Below are positions 31,544 to 39,516 of a stretch of DNA of 44,114 bases, piece by piece (the stretch's first letter is position 1; the number at the start of each line of letters is the position of its first letter). A program made the translations under genes and the position numbers. This DNA is from a virus. The DNA lies in the IMG/VR virus record IMGVR_UViG_3300045988_076953; one strand, written 5' to 3'. The notes under the pieces are model-generated. The model was not told the DNA's origin and did no database searches. It saw nothing but the letters and a program-made list of their open reading frames with translations.

Positions 31544-31807
31544 ATGAAAAAAGCCGAGTTGAAAGACGTTGCCACCCGGTACGGGATGGGCATTATCCGC
31601 GAGGAAGTCACAAGCAAAGGCGTCGGGCTGTACCTCGTGACCGAGGAGGACATCCCGGAGCTGGATGCCCTAGCCAGCACACCCCCGTTTTCCGCAGCGC
31701 CGGGAGCGGTGGTCGCAACGAAAGAATACAGCCCGTGCGACAACACCCACACTTACCGCGTCTACTGCCCCTCAAACTGGTTTGACCTGTGGGGATGGGC
31801 AGACTAA
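31544..31807 (+). CDS. Hypothetical protein (island gene 8)
   Basis: ORF 31544..31807 with RBS GAAGGAGAA. Confidence 0.6.
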   Translation: MKKAELKDVATRYGMGIIREEVTSKGVGLYLVTEEDIPELDALASTPPFSAAPGAVVATKEYSPCDNTHTYRVYCPSNWFDLWGWAD

Positions 31808-31879
31808 GGCCCGCAAGGCCGACGCTCACGCGCCGCCGGTGCAAGCCCGGCCACCCCTTACGGGGTGGGCGCTCATGGG
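31805..31879 (+). ncRNA. Structured intergenic RNA element, copy 2 (unknown function)
   Basis: TAAGGCCCGCAAGGCCGACG..GCGCC[GCCGG-TGCAAGC-CCGGC][CACCCC-TTAC-GGGGTG]GGCGC-TCATGGG. Confidence 0.5.
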
Positions 31880-31903
31880 TACACAAAGAAGGAGGAAAGA
31901 ACC

Positions 31904-32323
31904 ATGAAAACAGAAATCGTCGTCTCCATTGGGGGCGCTGTCAAGCGTTCGCCCAACCGCGAACCGGACGAGTACGCCTACTTCGCTCAGGTGCGCGGTT
32001 TTTCGTTCGCTGCGCTTCCCGTACCTGACGGGTGGCAATGGAGCATTGGCTTCCAGGGGGACGCGCCGCACCGCAAAAGAGTGACAATCTCCCTGCCGGA
32101 CTTCATCTTTAAGGACAAGGTATGGGAGTTGCATTCCGAGTACCGCACGGACGACGGGCTCGGCGACCTTGTTGTAATCACATGCGACCCCATCCGCGTG
32201 TGTGGAAACGTTGAGGCCGCAATAGACGCAGCGATCAAAACGATCGTTGTTTCCGCTCCCACAAAGTCTGGTAAGCGGGAAAACATCCCGTTTACCATCG
32301 AGGCAGTATCACCTATCTGGTGA
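31904..32323 (+). CDS. Hypothetical protein (island gene 9)
   Basis: Internal ATG (31904) of ORF 31865..32323, preceded by GAAGGAGGAAA. Confidence 0.6.
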   Translation: MKTEIVVSIGGAVKRSPNREPDEYAYFAQVRGFSFAALPVPDGWQWSIGFQGDAPHRKRVTISLPDFIFKDKVWELHSEYRTDDGLGDLVVITCDPIRVCGNVEAAIDAAIKTIVVSAPTKSGKRENIPFTIEAVSPIW

Positions 32324-32387
32324 TGCGTCGTCCCCCCCGTGCGGGGGACGTGGATTGAAACAAGATATCAGCAGGAGGAAATCAATA

Positions 32388-32705
32388 ATGTGGAACAAAT
32401 CTGAACTCTTCGCAATGGCTCAAGAGCAGCCGAAGGAAATCTTTAAAAGCAATGTAACCCTGAGCATCCCGGACAACGCGCCGGGCTGTGTTGATCTCGA
32501 CGCAGAAGCCGAACGCTTGTCCCGCTTTTGGGACGTTGCGCACATGACTGTGCGGGAACTCGCAGAAGCCACCGGAATGAGCCAATCTGCCTTTGCCCGG
32601 GCTGCTTGCATCCCTCTGCGTACCATGCAAAACTGGTGTGGGTCACAGCGAAATTGCCCGGATTATATCCGCTTTTTGTTGGCGGAGCATTTCGGGCTGA
32701 TCTAA
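32388..32705 (+). CDS. HTH-containing small protein (island gene 10)
   Basis: Internal ATG (32388) of ORF 32247..32705, after CAGGAGGAAA. MTVRELAEATGMSQSAFARAACIPLRTMQNW is HTH-like. Confidence 0.55.
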   Translation: MWNKSELFAMAQEQPKEIFKSNVTLSIPDNAPGCVDLDAEAERLSRFWDVAHMTVRELAEATGMSQSAFARAACIPLRTMQNWCGSQRNCPDYIRFLLAEHFGLI

Positions 32706-32755
32706 AGTGAGGCGCGGAGTTGTCCCGCGCCTCTTGTCAAAAAGGAGGTATACCC

Positions 32756-33490
32756 ATGCCGAAGGTCCAAAGAAAATACGAATTTACCGGCGAAACGAAA
32801 GAGTTTTCCGGTCACACCCTGCACCGCATCCGCGCAGTGCGTGATTTTACCACATCGTCAGGCCCCGTAAAGTCAGGCTGTCTTGGCGGCTGGATTGAAA
32901 GCGAGAAAAACCTCGACCAAGACTATACCGCATGGGTTGCAGACGAGGCCATGGTTTTCGAGGCTGCGTCGGTCTCTGAAGAGGCGTGTGTGTCCGGTCA
33001 TGCGCAAGTCTTTGGCGAGGCCATTGTAACAGGTGGCGCAGAAGTCACCGACAACGCCCGCATTTTCGGCACCGCGTTTATACTGGACTCCGTGAAAATT
33101 TACGGAGATACCCAATTTTGCGGGGATACGATGGTATCCGGCGCAGTGTATGACCACGGCATCGTGATGCATGCGCCCGAACGGGACGTGAAGTTGTGGT
33201 TTATCCGGGAACCGGGTGATGTATGGAATGGCGAATGCTCTCGCGACGCAATCACCGATGACGGGCGTTACATGGAGATCACATGCAAAGCCCCAGACTT
33301 AAAGCGAGAACCGGGCGAAAGTGAGGACGAGTACGAGGCCCGCTTGCTTGACGCCACAGAATGGGAAACTCCCGTCCGAGTTACTGACATCCGCAAAGAC
33401 GGAAAGCGGACTGTCGTTGCAGAAAATGGCAACGCAACATTTTCTCTTCCGCGCTCAGGCATCATCGTATATACCCCAGATGACGACTAA
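32756..33490 (+). CDS. Left-handed beta-helix (hexapeptide-repeat, YdcK-like) protein with a C-terminal extension
   Basis: Internal ATG (32756) of ORF 32720..33490, after AAAGGAGG. HTLHRIRAVRDF...GCLGGWIESEKNL, then repeating A.V...A.V.G.A.V units. Confidence 0.55.
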   Translation: MPKVQRKYEFTGETKEFSGHTLHRIRAVRDFTTSSGPVKSGCLGGWIESEKNLDQDYTAWVADEAMVFEAASVSEEACVSGHAQVFGEAIVTGGAEVTDNARIFGTAFILDSVKIYGDTQFCGDTMVSGAVYDHGIVMHAPERDVKLWFIREPGDVWNGECSRDAITDDGRYMEITCKAPDLKREPGESEDEYEARLLDATEWETPVRVTDIRKDGKRTVVAENGNATFSLPRSGIIVYTPDDD

Positions 33491-33497
33491 TAACAAA

Positions 33498-33540
33498 AGA
33501 GGTCACACCCTTCCGGATGTGGCCTCTTGCTTTTTATTTA
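33498..33540. terminator. Bidirectional rho-independent terminator between convergent units
   Basis: AGAGGTCACA-cccttccgga-TGTGGCCTCT, with TGCTTTTTATTT on + and TTTTGTTATTA on -. Confidence 0.75.
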
Positions 33541-33941
33541 TCCAGATTCTTCACGGCGGCACGATGCAGGGCATAAACCCAGTCAATGCTGTACCCGCAT
33601 TTGTCTGCCACCTGCTGCCATGTGCAGCCGTCCACGTACCGCATTGCAAGCACTGTCCGCTCTGTCCGGCTTTCCAGCTTTTTCAGCGCAGCCGAAATCT
33701 CAGTCAGCGCTTCTTTTGCTTCGTCCATGGCCTGCATTGCGTCCTCGCGGATGGCTTCAATCCGCTCCACCGCCGCCGGGATGTGGTCGCTTGTTCCTCC
33801 GCGCCCCAGAGTAGAGGACACGCTAGCCGTGCATTTCGTGGCCTGCGTGTTGGCCTCTTCCAGCCGGGCAGTTGCCATGCGGTAGTCGCTCAGCGCGTCC
33901 TGATACCGTCTCAGCCAGGCTTTTCTCTCGTCATACGTCAC
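33534..33941 (-). CDS. Sigma-70 region-4-like transcriptional activator (candidate late-gene activator, ArpU/RinA/DUF1492-like)
   Basis: ORF 33534..33986. C-terminal RTVLAMRYVDGCTWQQVADKCGYSIDWVYALHRAAVKNL. GTG at 33941 lies 8 nt after GGAGG. Last gene of the early operon. Confidence 0.6.
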   Translation of the reverse strand: MTYDERKAWLRRYQDALSDYRMATARLEEANTQATKCTASVSSTLGRGGTSDHIPAAVERIEAIREDAMQAMDEAKEALTEISAALKKLESRTERTVLAMRYVDGCTWQQVADKCGYSIDWVYALHRAAVKNLDK

Positions 33942-34140
33942 TAGGATCACCTCCCTTCTTCGGCTCATCCGCCGCAAAAAGCTCAATCACCTGCGCCGCC
34001 CGTTCCGTCATATCCGGGATGCACAGCTCAGGGTTTGGCCCCTGATAGTAAGCACACCCCTTGCAGTCGTCCACCGTGCGGGCCTTCCCGCAGCGCCGCA
34101 GAGCGTCCGCCAGCTGGGCAAAAGTGATGTAGTCGCTCAT
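33931..34140 (-). CDS. Hypothetical protein (69 aa)
   Basis: Internal ATG (34140) of ORF 33931..34257. ATGA overlap with the ASCH gene stop. Confidence 0.5.
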   Translation of the reverse strand: MSDYITFAQLADALRRCGKARTVDDCKGCAYYQGPNPELCIPDMTERAAQVIELFAADEPKKGGDPSDV

Positions 34141-34676
34141 TTTAATTCCTCCACATAGCACCAACTCTGGGGCGGTTTTTTTACAATGCAATCTTGGCAC
34201 GTCCCGCAATTTGGAATTGCAAAACCCAAGTCGTTGTATTTGCATTCCCGGTTCCACGGTTTGAACCGGTTGAGCTGTTTCGGGTCATCGTAGATTTCCA
34301 GCTTGGAAATGTGCCAAGCGTACCCATCCTTACCGCCCAGGTATTTTTCAATTTGGGGCGTTGTTAGGCAGCTTTCGGAAAAGTCAAAGGAATCATCTAT
34401 CGTGTGCCCGTTTTTCATAGCAGCGAGCCGAATCCCAGGCAACCCGGAAAAGCCAACGTGAGTTAGCCATGTGATCTTGTCGCAAAAGAACTCCCCAACA
34501 ACCTTCCCGTGTTTTCCCCACATTCCCATTGCAACGCCGCTATTGGTGCAGTAGATATGGCACTTAAACGGCGTTCCCATATTTGGGCGGGTCTTTCTGA
34601 CTTCTAGCGTCTTTTCTCCGGCCAGAATCTTTTCCACCCACTCCGGGCGGATGCTGATAAGTACCGCTTTAGCCAT
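34137..34676 (-). CDS. ASCH (PUA-like) domain protein
   Basis: ORF 34137..34694. MAKAVLISIRPEWVEKILAGEKTLEVRKT is the ASCH N-terminal signature. ATG at 34676 follows GGGGAGG. Confidence 0.65.
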   Translation of the reverse strand: MAKAVLISIRPEWVEKILAGEKTLEVRKTRPNMGTPFKCHIYCTNSGVAMGMWGKHGKVVGEFFCDKITWLTHVGFSGLPGIRLAAMKNGHTIDDSFDFSESCLTTPQIEKYLGGKDGYAWHISKLEIYDDPKQLNRFKPWNRECKYNDLGFAIPNCGTCQDCIVKKPPQSWCYVEELK

Positions 34677-35052
34677 GTTCAGTCCTCCCCACAATCTGGT
34701 CGATCACGTTTTTGCATTCGGCTACCATCTCCTTGGTTGTCCACCTCTTACTGTACCCGAGATCCAGAAACTGGAGATCTCCGGAATAGTCCATACAGTG
34801 TGCGTAGTCCCACCCCAAGAAATTTCCTTCGTGGTCAACCGTTGTCAGATAGTCGCGGTGATATGTAATACCTCCATGGCAATCAATATCACGCTCATTG
34901 ATCGCGCGTAATCCCAGCGGCGCAATGTCAACGTAAGCGCAGGGGTGTGTGCCTAAGCTCAGAACGTAAAACGGTACGCCGCGATAAACTCCATCCGCCA
35001 GCCGTACCGGTGGAATCCTGCCTTCCTTATAAATCATTTCCTGCATGTTCAT
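34669..35052 (-). CDS. Hypothetical protein (127 aa)
   Basis: ORF 34669..35052 with RBS GAAGGAGA. Confidence 0.6.
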   Translation of the reverse strand: MNMQEMIYKEGRIPPVRLADGVYRGVPFYVLSLGTHPCAYVDIAPLGLRAINERDIDCHGGITYHRDYLTTVDHEGNFLGWDYAHCMDYSGDLQFLDLGYSKRWTTKEMVAECKNVIDQIVGRTEHG

Positions 35053-35089
35053 GTTATCTCCTTCCCGCCCGGGTTGCCCCGGGCTTGTA

Positions 35090-35764
35090 TTATCCCCATT
35101 GCTCCGCCATAGCTTTGGCGATACCGGGGAAAGTCTTGCTTCTTGCTTTTTGCGTTCGAGGGTCGTTCCATCTTAAAACTTTTCCGTTTTCATCTGTGGC
35201 ATAATTGGCATGTGCCCCAACGCTATACCCTCCCGGCAAGATTGTTCCTCTGTCGACTATGCTTGTGGGCCTTAGAGGCGGCACGTTTTTCAGCCATAAA
35301 CACGTTTTTTTTCGTGCTTTATGGCCGAACTCATACGGCTCGATGATACAGTCTGGTTTCCTGTAGTGCGTGGACATGTATCCAACCGGGTTTTCAATCG
35401 CGATTTTGTCGACATTCGCCGTTGCAAACCCCATAAAAAATTTTGCGGCGGCGGCTCTCGCTGCAATCCTTTGCTGCGCCTTTTCGCCGTATCTGGCAAT
35501 ATTAAACCAGCGATTCCCAGAAACAGCCAGGTAAGTGCACGGCGGGTGAGCGATCAGCAAGTCCCACTTGCCTATGTCGTGCGTTTTGCCATCCATCGTT
35601 GTGACCTGCCTACTCTCAACCGCTTGCAGCGCATCGCCTAGGATGTGCCACTCAGGGTGACCGCCGGACGGCTCCTGAATGTCGCAGCTGTAAGCCTCGT
35701 GCCCACGCTCGCGGAACGCCTTGCAAACCGTCTGCGATTCTTCACACGCGATCAGTACCTTCAT
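35090..35764 (-). CDS. C5-cytosine-methyltransferase-like protein lacking a canonical motif I (function uncertain)
   Basis: ORF 35090..35764. WDLLIAHPPCTYLAVSG (PC-type motif IV), AIENPVG (ENV-like motif VI) and TFPGIAKAMAEQW. The N-terminus is VLIACEESQ rather than F.G.GG. Confidence 0.4.
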   Translation of the reverse strand: MKVLIACEESQTVCKAFRERGHEAYSCDIQEPSGGHPEWHILGDALQAVESRQVTTMDGKTHDIGKWDLLIAHPPCTYLAVSGNRWFNIARYGEKAQQRIAARAAAAKFFMGFATANVDKIAIENPVGYMSTHYRKPDCIIEPYEFGHKARKKTCLWLKNVPPLRPTSIVDRGTILPGGYSVGAHANYATDENGKVLRWNDPRTQKARSKTFPGIAKAMAEQWG

Positions 35765-35933
35765 TGTGCTTTCTCCTAATAATCATCTGGCCCCGCGAAT
35801 TGGTCTCCCACAGGGACGGTTTGCCATATCTGAGCCACGTTTGCACAAACACAGCTCTCTCTTCTGCGGTGTCAAAACGGGCCTTCTTGAAGCTTCCTAG
35901 GTGCCGCCAGCTCACCCAAAAGCCCGGCTTCAC
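35742..35933 (-). CDS. Hypothetical protein (63 aa)
   Basis: ORF 35742..35933. ATGA overlap with the upstream stop. Confidence 0.4.
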   Translation of the reverse strand: MKPGFWVSWRHLGSFKKARFDTAEERAVFVQTWLRYGKPSLWETNSRGQMIIRRKHNEGTDRV

Positions 35934-36409
35934 AAATCACCACCCAGCTCAAGGTACTTTTCCAAGTACCAAATGGCTTTTTCCACGTCCTCTTTGGGCG
36001 TTTCGTGCTTTTGCTTGCAGCGCCACAAGTATTTAAAAGCGTTGCAGAGGCAAAACGCCCGCACGTCATCCCGTCCCATCGTCTCAAGCATCGCGTCGAT
36101 GCACTCAATCTTGCCCGCATAGTGGGTGGGGTGATCTACTTCTTCCGTTTCCGCCTCTTCACGCTCCGGCTCAAGCCCAAGAATTTTTGCAAAAACTGGC
36201 GCTTGGTCGTCAACCTTAATGGTGTACCCGTCCACCCCTTTCACGCTGGTGGGGTCGCATGCATCTCCTTTATCCGCCGGGGAAAATCGGTTTTCGGCGA
36301 ATTCGTACAGGTTCGTACCACGCGGAAAAGAGTGTTTGCACTTCGCGCACGGCATACAATACACCGGCACGCTTTGAAATTTGCACTTTTCGCACATATT
36401 ATCATCCAT
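35930..36409 (-). CDS. DUF3310-family protein with an N-terminal Cys-rich extension
   Basis: ORF 35930..36409. HPTHYAGKIECIDAMLETMG...FCLCNAFKYLWRCKQK...EDVEKAIWYLEKYL matches the recalled DUF3310 pattern. Confidence 0.7.
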   Translation of the reverse strand: MDDNMCEKCKFQSVPVYCMPCAKCKHSFPRGTNLYEFAENRFSPADKGDACDPTSVKGVDGYTIKVDDQAPVFAKILGLEPEREEAETEEVDHPTHYAGKIECIDAMLETMGRDDVRAFCLCNAFKYLWRCKQKHETPKEDVEKAIWYLEKYLELGGDL

Positions 36410-36848
36410 TTTTTAGCTCCTCCGTGTTATTGCGCGGCCTAAACACCGCCACCATGCTCGGAAAGGGCGCGCTGTTTTTGCTCCCGCCGAACTTCAGCCT
36501 CCCGCGCACGAACCTGATTTCGGCACGGCCCAGAACATAGTCATGGAACCATCGCGTGTCAGTTCTCGCTGGCAAAAGGCACACGACCGTGTTGCCGCGT
36601 TCAGCTTCGCGGCGGGCCTTGCGCACCCACTTGCCAATTTCCCGCCCATATGGCGGGTTGCACCATGTTGAGCTTGCCCAGTCCTGCCGCAAACCGTCTT
36701 GTGCGGGGGTAAAAAACAACTCGCATTTGGCGTTGCATGGCAAAGCGCACGCATCCAGCACAAACTTGAATTCACGGTTTAACTCGTCGTAAAAGTCTTG
36801 TGGTGTGCTCCACAGATCGGGTTTGCTTGAGTACATCCCCTCATTCAA
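36402..36848 (-). CDS. dam: Phage N6-adenine DNA methyltransferase (Dam family)
   Basis: ORF 36402..36848. WSTPQDFYDELNREFKFVLDACA...WCNPPYG...LLPARTDTRWFH...GRLKF. TTG start 9 nt after GGAGG. Confidence 0.85.
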   Translation of the reverse strand: MNEGMYSSKPDLWSTPQDFYDELNREFKFVLDACALPCNAKCELFFTPAQDGLRQDWASSTWCNPPYGREIGKWVRKARREAERGNTVVCLLPARTDTRWFHDYVLGRAEIRFVRGRLKFGGSKNSAPFPSMVAVFRPRNNTEELKNG

Positions 36849-37197
36849 CGTCGCTCACCTCCACTGTCACTCCGTCCCGCCCATCGTAGGCGAAACAATC
36901 TTCAAAACCGACGACCCAACGATTGTTATCGTTGGGCAAGAAGCCCGCGGCTTGCATCCCATCAAGCACAAACTTTTTCCCAAATGCCACGTTGTCTTTG
37001 TCCCTTCGCCGTGTCCTCTCGTGCCACGTAAAGCGGATTTTAACCGGCCCGGTTACAGGTGGCAGCCCCCGAAAGTAGAGGGCCACCGCCTGCGTGTAGT
37101 CGGACTTGACTTTTCCACCTGCGTACCGATTTCGGCGGCAAGCGTTTGTGTACTCATTTGCCCCCGGCAGGCGAAAGGGGAGATCAACTGTAATCAT
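36841..37197 (-). CDS. rusA: RusA-family Holliday junction resolvase
   Basis: ORF 36841..37197. Typical size, with RRRDKDNVAFGKKFVLDGM...NDNNRWV acidic catalytic-type motifs. Confidence 0.7.
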   Translation of the reverse strand: MITVDLPFRLPGANEYTNACRRNRYAGGKVKSDYTQAVALYFRGLPPVTGPVKIRFTWHERTRRRDKDNVAFGKKFVLDGMQAAGFLPNDNNRWVVGFEDCFAYDGRDGVTVEVSDVE

Positions 37198-38377
37198 TCA
37201 CCGCCACCTCCTCAAACCGCTGCTGGCTTCCAACGAAATTGAACGGCAAATCGCCGGTAATACCGTCTTTGTTTTTTGCAATGCGAACGGTGTATTTGCC
37301 CGTCTCCTTGTCGTTGTGCAGCAGAATGATGTTGTCCGCATCCTGCTCAATCTGGCCGCTGTCGCGCAAGTTTTCCATCGTGGGCAGGTCGCCAGCCCCG
37401 GCGCGGTTCAGCTGGCACAACGCCACAACGCAGATTTTGGTTTGCTGGGCAAAGTCGTGCAAATCCTTCGACACCATTGTGGCCCGCTCGTAGCTGTCCT
37501 TCCCACGGGAAGGGATAAGTCCCAAATAGTCGATGAAAACCACATCAAACTTCTGCGCTTGCGCGTCCATTTTCAGCCACTGTACACCGCGCCCGTTGGC
37601 TTCCACGATTTCGAGCGGGCAAGTGGCAAAGTGGTCAAGCGCCCGCAACTGAATCTCGTTTGCGTTGTCCATCTGCACCGCATAACGGCGCACACTGTCG
37701 TATTGCAGCCGCATGATGTTGGTGCAAATCCTCATGCTGAGACGTTCTTTTGACGTCTCGTAGCTGTAATAGCCGACTCTCTTGCCGTTCTGCGCGATCT
37801 GCCGGGCTACCTGCAAGGTGAATGCCGTCTTGCCGCTGCTGGGCCGTCCGCCGATCACCACAAAGTCACCCGGCCCCCATCCGGTGTAACGGTCAAGCCG
37901 CCCGAACCCGGTGGCGAAGTAGGGCGGCCGCCCGCCAGCCATGGCCCGCATGAACCACGTGGCACAATCCATGGCGTTGAAGCGCCCGGTGCTCTGCTTG
38001 CCTGCCAACATATGCGCCAGTTCCTGCGCCGCGCTCTCCACATCATCTTTGGAGCATCCGCTGCTTGCCAGCTTCAGGCCCACAGCCTGTGCCCGCTGCA
38101 CCAGCGTGTGATCCTTCACGGCGGCAATGTATGCGGGGTAGTTGCTGTAAGCAATTGGGGCTTCAGCGCACTCTGCAAGCAGCTCCTTGCCCATCACAGA
38201 GGCTGCGCTTACCGTGTCCAACTTACGGTGCCTTGCCCACAGGCTGGCCAGCTTGTCGTACACCTCGCCAAGTTCCGGGTCGCTAAAGTCGTCACCCGCG
38301 ATAGCGTCCAGGATGTATGGCTGTGCCTTCTGGTTTACAAGCAGGCAGCCAATGACAGCTTTTTCCGCCTCGATCAT
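37184..38377 (-). CDS. dnaB: DnaB-like replicative helicase
   Basis: ORF 37184..38377. N-terminal AEKAVIGCLL. Walker A GGRPSSGKTAF. Walker B VVFIDYLGLI. RecA-like C-terminal domain. Confidence 0.85.
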   Translation of the reverse strand: MIEAEKAVIGCLLVNQKAQPYILDAIAGDDFSDPELGEVYDKLASLWARHRKLDTVSAASVMGKELLAECAEAPIAYSNYPAYIAAVKDHTLVQRAQAVGLKLASSGCSKDDVESAAQELAHMLAGKQSTGRFNAMDCATWFMRAMAGGRPPYFATGFGRLDRYTGWGPGDFVVIGGRPSSGKTAFTLQVARQIAQNGKRVGYYSYETSKERLSMRICTNIMRLQYDSVRRYAVQMDNANEIQLRALDHFATCPLEIVEANGRGVQWLKMDAQAQKFDVVFIDYLGLIPSRGKDSYERATMVSKDLHDFAQQTKICVVALCQLNRAGAGDLPTMENLRDSGQIEQDADNIILLHNDKETGKYTVRIAKNKDGITGDLPFNFVGSQQRFEEVAVNDYS

Positions 38378-39081
38378 GGCAAGTACCTCACCTCCCGTTT
38401 CTTCTGTTCGGCTGGCATTTCATCTTCCCACGCCATGTCGTGCAGCCAAGTGGCAGGGTAAGGGATAAATTGCCCGCCGTCCTTTTGCCAGTCAGCACTT
38501 TTCTTTTGGCACGAGATCGCTTCTAGGATTCTGGCTTGTAAAGAGCTATCAGGTTTAAGTTTCTTCCAAGCTGATAATGCCTTCCCCTTGCTCTTTTTCT
38601 TTGGGTAGGCAGCCCAAAAGGCGGCAAACCCATCATCACTCGCGCAGCGGTTTGCGCATATGAGAGGATCTTTAGATCCTCGAATATATATATTATTATT
38701 TATATTATGGGGTGAAGTTTTTTCATCACCCCCATGAAAATTCTGCATGGGGGGTGAAGCTGGCGCATTATCTTTTTCAGGTGTTTTTTCGGGTTCCGGC
38801 TCTTGTCCAGGCTCGACTGCGCGGTAGTCGCAGAAGGTCACACCGCCGACATCTCTTGTCCGCTTTTCCAGCAGCCCGCGCTCTGTCAGGGTGGAAAGCT
38901 GCTGGAAGATTGCCCGCTTGCTGCATCCGCACCAGTCAGCCAGATAAGCCGCCGTGCCAGTAAACCACTCACCAGCTTGCGAGAATCCGAAAACACAGGC
39001 GTACACAAGCAGGGCGTTGCCGGTAAGATTCAGGCGGGAGCGCATCCACCCCTGAATCACGATGTAATTGTTATCTTTCAA
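38374..39081 (-). CDS. Replication initiator / replisome organiser (N-terminal wHTH, C-terminal DnaD-like W-rich domain)
   Basis: ORF 38374..39081. LTGNALLVYACVFGFSQAGEWFTGTAAYLADWCGCSKRAIFQQLSTLTERGLL (wHTH). A low-complexity linker. FAAFWAAYPKKKSKGKALSAWKKL...IPYPATWLHDMAWEDE. Confidence 0.6.
   Translation of the reverse strand: MKDNNYIVIQGWMRSRLNLTGNALLVYACVFGFSQAGEWFTGTAAYLADWCGCSKRAIFQQLSTLTERGLLEKRTRDVGGVTFCDYRAVEPGQEPEPEKTPEKDNAPASPPMQNFHGGDEKTSPHNINNNIYIRGSKDPLICANRCASDDGFAAFWAAYPKKKSKGKALSAWKKLKPDSSLQARILEAISCQKKSADWQKDGGQFIPYPATWLHDMAWEDEMPAEQKKREVRYLP
38664..38760. other. Candidate replication origin embedded in the initiator gene linker
   Basis: Palindrome GAGGATC-ttta-GATCCTC (38664-38681). 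A 27-nt pure A/T run (38682-38708). GGGGTGA at 38709-38715 and 38751-38757, with inverted TCACCCC at 38726-38732. Confidence 0.45.
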
Positions 39082-39095
39082 GGCGCTGCCTCCGA

Positions 39096-39512
39096 TTAAA
39101 AGGGCAAATCTTCGTTGTCGTCGATGACCGCAAAGTCATCCGTCGCCGCTGACTGGGCAAATTCGCCCGCTGTGCCCTGTTTCTGGGCGCCCCCGTCATT
39201 CTTCCCGCCGCAGAAGAAAGCCCTGTCAGCGGTCATTTCCCACGTCGTGCGGCGATTGCCGCTGTTGTCGGTGTACTCCCGGCAGTGCATGGAGCCGCTG
39301 AGCGCGATCATATCCCCCTTGTGAAACCATCCGGAGATAAACTCGGCAGTCTTGCGCCATGCTGTCACCCGGAAGAAGTCGGTGTGCTTCTCGCCGTTTC
39401 GGCTCTTCGGGCCGTCCACAGCCACGGAGAAAGAACCTACTGCGTCTCCGGCCTGCGTTTGGCGCATCTCCACGTCGGCGGTCAGGCGGCCCATAATGAT
39501 GATTTGATTCAT
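39096..39512 (-). CDS. ssb: Single-stranded DNA-binding protein
   Basis: Internal ATG (39512) of ORF 39096..39659. MNQIIIMGRLTADVEMRQT (OB fold) and the C-terminal acidic tail DDNEDLPF. Confidence 0.85.
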   Translation of the reverse strand: MNQIIIMGRLTADVEMRQTQAGDAVGSFSVAVDGPKSRNGEKHTDFFRVTAWRKTAEFISGWFHKGDMIALSGSMHCREYTDNSGNRRTTWEMTADRAFFCGGKNDGGAQKQGTAGEFAQSAATDDFAVIDDNEDLPF

Positions 39513-39516
39513 GTTT

